Shown here piece by piece: positions 57,490 to 64,000 of a stretch of 64,000 bases of DNA. The notes beneath the pieces are model-generated. The model saw only the letters and a list, made by a program, of their open reading frames with translations, had not been told where the DNA came from and did no database searches. The stretch's first letter is position 1, and each line of letters opens with the position of its first letter. This DNA is from an uncultured Candidatus Saccharibacteria bacterium (GTDB lineage Bacteria > Patescibacteriota > Minisyncoccia > Phycocordibacterales > Phycocordibacteraceae): positions 901-64,900 of the forward strand of contig CAZMTN010000002.1 of assembly GCA_964569655.1 (NCBI GenBank), in the 5' to 3' direction. A program made the position numbers and the translations under genes.

Positions 57490-58005
57490 CTACCGTCCGC
57501 GGTATCCGATGAGGAACTTGCGGGGATCGTCGCACATGTCGGTGAACGCGTGCGCGGCTTCCTTGAGCTTCGCGGACGAGGACTTCCCGAAGGAGATGAC
57601 CTCCACCTGGGTGCCCTGCATCTCTAGGTATTCGATGAGCGGCACGAAGTCGCCGTCCCCGGACGCGATGATGACGGTGTCGAGCTTCGGAGCGAGCTTC
57701 ACGGCGTCGATGGCGAGGCCGACGTCCCAGTCCGCCTTCTTGGCGCCATCTGAGAAGACCTGGAGGCCCTTCACCTTGGTCTCGATACCGATCTTAGTGA
57801 GCGCCTCGAAGAAGTTCGATTCTTCGCCGCCCTCGGTCGAGATGACGTAGGCGATGGCGCGGACGAGGGTACGGGTCCCGAGGGCTTCCTCGAGTACTTT
57901 CGCGAAGTTCACGCGGGTCTTATATAGGTGTTTGGCGCTGTGGTAGAGGTTCTGCGTATCGATGAACACGCCTACGCGCTGCGCCGGATGCTTGATGACT
58001 GGCAT
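57490..58005 (-). CDS. NYN-domain (LabA/YacP-like PIN-fold) protein
   Basis: VGVFIDTQNLYHSA ... WDVGLAIDAVKLA ... IIASGDGDFVPLIEYL pattern characteristic of NYN/LabA nucleases. Confidence 0.65.
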   Translation of the reverse strand: MPVIKHPAQRVGVFIDTQNLYHSAKHLYKTRVNFAKVLEEALGTRTLVRAIAYVISTEGGEESNFFEALTKIGIETKVKGLQVFSDGAKKADWDVGLAIDAVKLAPKLDTVIIASGDGDFVPLIEYLEMQGTQVEVISFGKSSSAKLKEAAHAFTDMCDDPRKFLIGYRGR

Positions 58006-58090
58006 AAAAAAGAAATAGAGAGACGAACGTTATTAAAACCGTAGCGAGACGCTACGCGTACATGATACCACTAGGAAAGCGGGAGAAAAG

Positions 58091-58357
58091 CTACTTCTTG
58101 AGCCCGAGCTTCTTGATGAGCGCGTTGTAGCGGCGCTTGTTGCTGTTCTCGAGGTAGCGGAGGTGGGAGCGGCGGTCCGCGACCATCTGGAGAAGCCCGC
58201 GGCGCGAGTGGATATCCTTGGCGTTCTTCTTAAGATGGCGCGTAAGGTCCTCGATGCGACGGGTAAGGATGGCGACCTGGACGTCGGCTGAACCGTTGTC
58301 CGTCTCATGGCGCGCAGCAGTCTTGATGACAGCCGCCTTTTTCTTCGTGGTAAGCAT
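58091..58357 (-). CDS. rpsO: 30S ribosomal protein S15
   Basis: internal ATG (MLTTKKKAAVIKTAARHETDNGSADVQVAILTRRIEDLTRHLKKNAKDIHSRRGL...); upstream part of the track ORF is an artefact. Confidence 0.85.
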   Translation of the reverse strand: MLTTKKKAAVIKTAARHETDNGSADVQVAILTRRIEDLTRHLKKNAKDIHSRRGLLQMVADRRSHLRYLENSNKRRYNALIKKLGLKK

Positions 58358-58441
58358 GTACATGCACTGTACCACGCCTTGATTATTTCCGCAAGGGTTG
58401 CCTAGTGAGAACGTTGTGCGACGGCACGCTATACTTTGGGC

Positions 58442-59359
58442 ATGAATGCGGAGTCCCTTAAGCGCGAATTCCTCGAATATATAGAAATCGAACGCGGCCG
58501 CGCAGTGAAAACCATCGAGAACTACGACCGCTACCTCACCCGCTACTTCACGCAGATGAAGATCAAGGATGTCTCGGACATCACGGAGCCCTCCATCCGC
58601 GAATTCCGCATGTGGCTCAACCGCCAGCCGGGCACCGGGAAGGATTCCATGAAGCGACGCACGCAGAACTACTACCTCATCGCGATGCGCGCCTTCCTGA
58701 AATTCCTCCGGAAGCGCGATATCGAATGCATCTCTCCGGAACGCATCGAGCTCGCGAAGCTCCCGGAGCGCCATCTCGATCTCATCACGACAGCCGAGCT
58801 TAATCGCCTCATGGAAGCCCCAGAACTGAAGGATGAGCGCGGGCTCCGCGATAAGGCCATCCTCGAGCTCCTCTTCTCCACGGGACTCCGCGTCTCCGAG
58901 CTCTGCGGACTCGATTCCGACCTCGATCTCACCCGGGACGAGTTCTCCGTACGCGGCAAGGGGGAGAAGGTGCGCGTGGTATTCCTCTCCCCTTCTGCGA
59001 AGGACGCCGTGAAGGCGTATCTCAAAGCCCGCAAGGACATGAGCGATGCGCTATTTGTTACGACGAGCACTATCGGGACGAAGAAGGGAGAGAAAGTGCG
59101 CGAAGCGACAAGGCTCACGCCGCGCTCTGTAGAAAGGATGATCAAGACCTACGCGGCTAAGGCCGGCATCACGAAGAAGGTGACGCCGCACGTGCTCCGC
59201 CACTCCTTCGCTACGGATCTTCTGAACAACGGCGCGGACATCCGCTCGGTGCAGCAGCTCCTCGGCCACGCCTCCATCATGACCACGCAGATCTATACGC
59301 ACGTGACCGACTCCCACCTCCGAGACGTACATAAGAAGTTCCATTCCAAGGGGCGCTAG
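58442..59359 (+). CDS. tyrosine site-specific recombinase, XerC/XerD family
   Basis: N-terminal SAM-like core-binding domain; catalytic residues in ...LRVSELCGLD..., HVLRHSFATDLL, LGHASIMTTQIYTHV (R-H-R-Y). Confidence 0.8.
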   Translation: MNAESLKREFLEYIEIERGRAVKTIENYDRYLTRYFTQMKIKDVSDITEPSIREFRMWLNRQPGTGKDSMKRRTQNYYLIAMRAFLKFLRKRDIECISPERIELAKLPERHLDLITTAELNRLMEAPELKDERGLRDKAILELLFSTGLRVSELCGLDSDLDLTRDEFSVRGKGEKVRVVFLSPSAKDAVKAYLKARKDMSDALFVTTSTIGTKKGEKVREATRLTPRSVERMIKTYAAKAGITKKVTPHVLRHSFATDLLNNGADIRSVQQLLGHASIMTTQIYTHVTDSHLRDVHKKFHSKGR

Positions 59360-59973
59360 GAGTTCGCGGTGAGGAAGATTTCAGCCTCAGATCGTACCTC
59401 TTTCTTCGCAGAGAGCAGCTTCTTCAGTGTCGCGGCTACTCCCTCTGAATCTCTGGTTTCGATCTGTTTGGTCTTGTAGTTATAGAGGCCGTTAACGATC
59501 TTTCCCTTCACCAAGTAGCCGTTAGGTACCGACACGACGATCTTCCCTTTCGTGACCCGCTTCGCCTCGGAGACAGCCCGCTTAAGATCAACGCCGGAAG
59601 ACTGGATAGAGCGGCAGCTGAGATACGCATCGAATGCAGCATCCTTGAACGGGAGGTCATCCATGCTCGCGTGGACTCGTGAGACCTCAGGAGGGAGCTT
59701 CATGAGGGCCTTCAGCGATATATCTACTGCCACGAAGCGTGCGGCAGGATACCTCTTACGGAGCAACCTGATCTCATGCCCGGAATTACTCCCGCACACG
59801 AGGACGCACTTCCCTGCCAGGTTTCCCATAGCAGCAAGGAGCGTCCGCTCGAATGTGGCGTCCTTCGCGCGGGAATCCTTGGAGTAATCGTAATCACCGT
59901 ACTTAATATCGTACGTCTTTGTAAGCTCTGTGAAGTTGTTTGTTTTCTTTGGTTTAGTTTCGTACCAGTTCAT
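59356..59973 (-). CDS. class I SAM-dependent methyltransferase
   Basis: motif I VLVCGSNSGHE and post-I acidic loop FVAVDIS; 205 aa. Confidence 0.55.
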   Translation of the reverse strand: MNWYETKPKKTNNFTELTKTYDIKYGDYDYSKDSRAKDATFERTLLAAMGNLAGKCVLVCGSNSGHEIRLLRKRYPAARFVAVDISLKALMKLPPEVSRVHASMDDLPFKDAAFDAYLSCRSIQSSGVDLKRAVSEAKRVTKGKIVVSVPNGYLVKGKIVNGLYNYKTKQIETRDSEGVAATLKKLLSAKKEVRSEAEIFLTANS

Positions 59974-60080
59974 GCTCGATGAATCTTCGATCAGTCCGAG
60001 GACTCAATAGAGCGGAGGAATCTTGTGGATTCCTCCGGTGATAGTTGCTTCTGGCGGGATATCAGCCCACCCCCGACTGC

Positions 60081-60479
60081 TCATCGGTGCCGCGTAGCTT
60101 GCCGCAGGCTCCTGTCGACAGCTTTGATATCCTCCCCGGCAAGTATGCGCTCAAGGTAAGGAACCAAAGGGACTGGGACTTCTGTCCTCGCCTCACTCCG
60201 GAGCGCTTCCCTCAGGAAAGGGAGCACTTCAGGGGTCAGCGGATGCCTTTCGACAAAGCCGGTCTGACTGAAGAGGCTGCCGATGCAGTGCTTGTCGTCG
60301 CAGGGCCAGAAGGTGCTAGTGAATTCGTTGTAATCGAGGGTGCCAGCCTGGTGATGAAGCGAGGAACTCATCCAGACCCCATATTTCATATGCACCTTCG
60401 AATCCAGGCACAAGCAGAACGAATCGGAATCGTAATACTTGTTCGAAGCGTGGCTCGAATAGATAAGGTAAGCCTTCAT
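60081..60479 (-). CDS. hypothetical protein (132 aa)
   Basis: ORF only. Confidence 0.3.
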   Translation of the reverse strand: MKAYLIYSSHASNKYYDSDSFCLCLDSKVHMKYGVWMSSSLHHQAGTLDYNEFTSTFWPCDDKHCIGSLFSQTGFVERHPLTPEVLPFLREALRSEARTEVPVPLVPYLERILAGEDIKAVDRSLRQATRHR

Positions 60480-60539
60480 GACTTTCTCCTGCCCCAGAGC
60501 CCCGAGGTGCGGGTGCGCGGAATCGCGCGTTCAAAGGTC

Positions 60540-60643
60540 TTTACTTCTGCTATAAATATAGCTTAATAATACTATGTTGTCAAATAGTCTGTATGATATT
60601 AAATTGACGTTGCTTATATATAAATCAATGATATTATCTATAT
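60540..60643 (+). promoter_or_regulatory. AT-rich intergenic region with TATATAT direct repeats upstream of the TrmB-family regulator gene
   Basis: sharp drop in GC vs flanks; TTGACG followed by repeated TATATA(T/A) tracts; candidate promoter/operator. Confidence 0.3.
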
Positions 60644-61411
60644 ATGTCAAAAAAGACTGATGAAACTATTGATGCATCATTGCTGAAGAAGCTTGAAAGT
60701 CTTGGTCTCACGGATAAGGAGTCCCGGGTGTATTTGGCGCTCCTTCCCCGCAGGGACACGGGAACATCCAAGCTCATCAGGGCTACGGGGCTCCACGGGC
60801 AGTTTGTCTATGACGCCCTGGAGCGTCTTGAAGAGCTCGGGCTCGCCAAGCACGTCACCCAGAACGGGAGGAAGAAGTTCAGCGCCAATACGCCGAACCG
60901 CCTCGTCGCCCTTATCGACGAGAAGAAGCTAGCTGCGCATTCCATCGCTCGGGACCTCCAGAGCCGGTTCCAGGGCGCGCACGAGCAGGACTTCGAGGTA
61001 TACCAGGGCCATGACGCCTTCATTGCGCACGAGTTCCAGCTCATGGAGGAAATGCCGGAAGGGTGCACGATAGACATCCTCGGTGGAGGCGGGAGCAGCT
61101 ATATAGGAATCCTCGGAGAGCAGATGCAGGAGCTCGAGAACATCCGCAACCGGCGCGGCATCAAGATCCGCTACATCAGCGCCGCGGAACAGGGCGATTC
61201 GCTCCGGACCATGGCCGCTACGCGTAAGAACTTCGAGTACCGGGTGTTCCCCCACCTCGAGAATGGCTTGGTGGACACCGACATCTGGCCGGACAAGGTG
61301 ATTCTCGACTTCTTCGGGGATCCGGTTCTCTCTTTCACCATCACGAGCAAGGAAATCTCGAACAGCTACCGCCAATTCTTCGAGGCGCTCTGGAAGGCAT
61401 CCACGAAATAG
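60644..61411 (+). CDS. TrmB-family transcriptional regulator
   Basis: N-terminal winged-HTH (LKKLESLGLTDKESRVYLALL...TGTSKLIRATGL) and C-terminal TrmB-type sensing domain. Confidence 0.55.
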   Translation: MSKKTDETIDASLLKKLESLGLTDKESRVYLALLPRRDTGTSKLIRATGLHGQFVYDALERLEELGLAKHVTQNGRKKFSANTPNRLVALIDEKKLAAHSIARDLQSRFQGAHEQDFEVYQGHDAFIAHEFQLMEEMPEGCTIDILGGGGSSYIGILGEQMQELENIRNRRGIKIRYISAAEQGDSLRTMAATRKNFEYRVFPHLENGLVDTDIWPDKVILDFFGDPVLSFTITSKEISNSYRQFFEALWKASTK

Positions 61412-61564
61412 ACGCCGCTTGTGCTATATTGCCTCCCTCGGATCTTTACAGGAGGAAGCAATGTAGAAGCGCCAGTGCGCGGAACCGCCGGACCATATCA
61501 CCGACGTGGATGACCGGCACCGCAGAGCACGCATCAAGCTGCGGCGATGTACGCAGTGCCGCTA

Positions 61565-61592
61565 AGAAAAGGCGCCCATCGGGCGCCTTTTT
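61565..61592 (+). terminator. intrinsic terminator GGCGCCC-ATCG-GGCGCC + TTTTT
   Basis: perfect stem plus T-run; lies in leader of xthA / after TrmB-regulator gene. Confidence 0.5.
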
Positions 61593-61606
61593 GCTACCAT
61601 AGGGTT

Positions 61607-62401
61607 ATGCGCATCATGTCTTGGAACGTGAACGGGATCCGTGCGGTGCACAACAAGGGCGTATTCGCTCCGTTCATGAAGGAATTCAAGCCGGACGTCC
61701 TCTGCCTCCAGGAGACTAAGGCGGAGCAGAGCCAGTCCCCCGTAGACCTGGAGGGATACGAGGAGTTCTGGAGCTCCGCGAAGAAGAAGGGGTACAGCGG
61801 TACGGCCATCTTCACGAAACGTACCCCGGAGAACGTGCTCTACGGCATCCCGGACGACATCGTGGAAGAGTATGGGCTCTCCGAAGACAGCTACGGCAAC
61901 CCGAACGAGGAGGGACGCGTCATCGCGGCGGATATCGGGAAGTTCTACGTCGTGAGCGTGTATACCCCGAACGCCAAAGGGGACCTTTCCCGCCTCCCGC
62001 TCCGCCATAAGCAGTGGGACCCGGCGTTCCTGAGCTACATGCAGCGCCTCGAGAAGAAGAAGCCGGTCATCTTCTGCGGAGACTTGAACGTCGCCCACCA
62101 GCCGATAGACCTCGAGCACCCGAAGGCGAACGAAGGAGAGCACGGGTACACCCTCGAGGAGCGCGAAGGGATCGATCAGATCATCAAGGCCGGGTATATC
62201 GATACGTTCAGGAAGTTCAATCAGGAGCCGAAGCAGTACACCTGGTGGAGCCACTGGAGGAATGCCCGGGCACGGAACGTCGGCTGGCGCATCGACTACA
62301 TCTTCGCGAGCAAAAAGCTCGAGAAGCACCTCGAAAACGCGGAGATACATCCTCAGGTGATGGGGTCGGACCACTGCCCTGTTTCGCTTACGCTCTCATA
62401 A
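61607..62401 (+). CDS. xthA: exodeoxyribonuclease III / AP endonuclease (Xth family)
   Basis: MRIMSWNVNGIRA..., catalytic motifs LCLQETK, CGDLNVAH, SDHCPV; internal ATG start. Confidence 0.85.
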   Translation: MRIMSWNVNGIRAVHNKGVFAPFMKEFKPDVLCLQETKAEQSQSPVDLEGYEEFWSSAKKKGYSGTAIFTKRTPENVLYGIPDDIVEEYGLSEDSYGNPNEEGRVIAADIGKFYVVSVYTPNAKGDLSRLPLRHKQWDPAFLSYMQRLEKKKPVIFCGDLNVAHQPIDLEHPKANEGEHGYTLEEREGIDQIIKAGYIDTFRKFNQEPKQYTWWSHWRNARARNVGWRIDYIFASKKLEKHLENAEIHPQVMGSDHCPVSLTLS

Positions 62402-62816
62402 AGGACATTATCCCCACCCGATGTCCTTTACGTTGTCCTTAAAGGACATATACTCAATCCTAGGAGGACAGTTCTTTGCGAGCACCTTTCATCAATCAAG
62501 CGCAAGAGACGTGAAGGCAAAGCTACGATACGGAGCGTATCTCCGATAAAACAACAGGCTTTCGCCCGCCCACAATGCAGTCGGTACCAGAGAGCACCTA
62601 ATAGGTCAGGAACTATTGGATCTTCCCTGGTGCCGGCTGAACGCGCCAAACATTAAGAAAGCCGCCCAACAGCGACGCTACCGGCCAAAAAGGCCGGACT
62701 ATTGAGGATCCATCCAAATCGCCCCTGCTCCTTTTAGGATCCTCGCCAGCGTCATCGGGCGGCTTTTCTATTTCCATACTCCCCTCCCCTTTCACGTGGA
62801 ACGTTACACGTGAAAG

Positions 62817-64000
62817 CTAGCAGACATGGTGCCTATCCATGATCCGCTTCACCTCAGCCTCCTCCTCTAGCTCCCGGCGCTTCTTACCGGACTCCCCTAG
62901 TGCCCGTAGCTCATCGTCTGAGAGCCGCAGGAGCTCCTCTGTGCGCTTATCCAGGTACTCCCGGGAGTTGTTCTTAGAGTCCTCAAGGACTTCCTCCAGG
63001 AGGGCGTTCAGGGTCCAGCCGATGCGGGGGCCGGCTTTCACGTGGAACACCTCCATGAGGCGGGTACCGTCCGTCTTGAGCATGGTTACGGAGATAGGGT
63101 CCCGGAGAGCCTGCTCCACCATGGCCTTGTACTTACGGAACCTGAAGGGCTGCTCCTTGGGGCGGCCGGTGCCGATGCGGTCGCAGATGCGGAGGTTCAG
63201 GAGGTCCCATATATGCTCCTCCCCTACGTTCACGATCATGCGGCGTACGGCGGACAGGGTTATCTGGTCCGGGTCTGAGAAGAACATGTGCCAGCGGACC
63301 AGCTTTACCACCTTATCTATGGTTTCACGTGAAAATTTGAGGTCCTCCAGGGCCTTCTTCGTTACACGTGAACCCACTACCTCGTGCCCGTGGAAGGTCC
63401 AGTCCTTCTTGTCGTCTGACCAGCGACGCGTTTCAGGCTTAGAGATGTCGTGGAACAAGGCCGCGAGGCGCACGTCGAACGGCCAGTCCTTATCTGCCGC
63501 GTGCTGCATGCTGCGCATAAGGTGCCCGAAGACATCGTAGCTATGGGCCTGGTTCTGTTCCACATTGATGCCGCGCACCAGATCAGGGGCTATGTACTGG
63601 AGGATTCCCAGTTGCTGGGCTAGGACCAGGGCCATCATAGGCTGGGAGGAGTTGAGGATGCGCACCAGCTCTTCCCTCACCCGTTCGCGTGAAATATGGC
63701 CTAGATTATAGGCTTTCCCGTGGATTGCTGAAGCAGTGTCCGAATCAAGGGCGAACCCCAGCTCCGCGACCAGGCGGATAGCGCGCATGAGGCGAAGGCC
63801 GTCCTCCTCGAATCGGACATTCGGGTCCCCTACTGCCTTCAATACCCTAGCTTCTATGTCCTTTTGTCCTTTATACGGGTCTACCAGATGTCCTTTAGAC
63901 TCATCCAGGGCTATGGCGTTACACGTGAAATCCCTCCGGGCAAGGTCGTCCTCGAGAGAATCGCCGAACTGGACCTGATCCGGGCGGCGCTTGTCGGAGT
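62817..64000 (-). CDS. cca: CCA tRNA nucleotidyltransferase (polymerase head + HD domain), 5'-truncated by window end
   Basis: frame stays open upstream of the track start to position 64000 and encodes RRDFTCNAIA and EDGLRLMRAIRL head-domain motifs; C-terminal HD domain (HDISK...H). Confidence 0.8.
   Translation of the reverse strand, partial: SDKRRPDQVQFGDSLEDDLARRDFTCNAIALDESKGHLVDPYKGQKDIEARVLKAVGDPNVRFEEDGLRLMRAIRLVAELGFALDSDTASAIHGKAYNLGHISRERVREELVRILNSSQPMMALVLAQQLGILQYIAPDLVRGINVEQNQAHSYDVFGHLMRSMQHAADKDWPFDVRLAALFHDISKPETRRWSDDKKDWTFHGHEVVGSRVTKKALEDLKFSRETIDKVVKLVRWHMFFSDPDQITLSAVRRMIVNVGEEHIWDLLNLRICDRIGTGRPKEQPFRFRKYKAMVEQALRDPISVTMLKTDGTRLMEVFHVKAGPRIGWTLNALLEEVLEDSKNNSREYLDKRTEELLRLSDDELRALGESGKKRRELEEEAEVKRIMDRHHVC

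Noticed and set aside
1-64000. CRISPR arrays, IS elements or transposases, rRNA genes
   Set aside because: No regular short direct repeats with spacers, no transposase-like ORFs or terminal inverted repeats, and no rRNA-like conserved blocks were seen. The only recombinase is a XerD-like enzyme without flanking repeats in view.

Overview
High-GC (~60%) bacterial chromosome segment dominated by the str-S10-spc ribosomal-protein supercluster on the minus strand (rpsL, rpsG, fusA, tuf, rpsJ, rplC-rplD-rplW-rplB, rpsS ... rplO, secY, adk, map). The cluster is broken in at least six places by non-ribosomal gene blocks, which is unusual for this normally near-invariant cluster. The largest block is an ~11 kb, visibly AT-richer island between rplB and rpsS carrying a complete Type I restriction-modification system (hsdM-hsdS-hsdR) plus a YgjP/M48-like metallohydrolase and a 2OG-Fe(II) oxygenase. 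Other insertions carry a hybrid histidine kinase (between rpsG and fusA), a tandem pair of paralogous unknown proteins (between rplE and rpsN), several small membrane or Cys-containing proteins (between rpsJ and rplC), and gmk (between secY and adk). Outside the cluster the window encodes recG, ftsH, smpB with an adjacent tmRNA (ssrA), a tRNA with anticodon UAU, infC-rpmI-rplT, ndk, a beta-CASP MBL ribonuclease, a CaCA antiporter, a translationally coupled CYTH-domain/SET-domain gene pair, rpsO, a XerD-like recombinase, a SAM methyltransferase, a TrmB-family regulator, xthA and a 5'-truncated cca gene at the window end. A near-identical intrinsic terminator hairpin (CCGCCC-TCTC-GGGCGG flanked by A/T runs) recurs at least five times. 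Absence of rpmD (L30) between rpsE and rplO, extended N-termini on several r-proteins, a long Ndk and many tiny membrane ORFs suggest a reduced-genome lineage (possibly Patescibacteria-like); this is inference only. Many long ORFs in the provided track are antisense shadow ORFs typical of high-GC DNA and were not called. The track uses GTG/TTG as well as ATG starts, so several starts were re-assigned to internal ATGs with Shine-Dalgarno support. Coordinates of non-ORF features (terminators, promoters, RNA ends) may be off by 1-2 nt.
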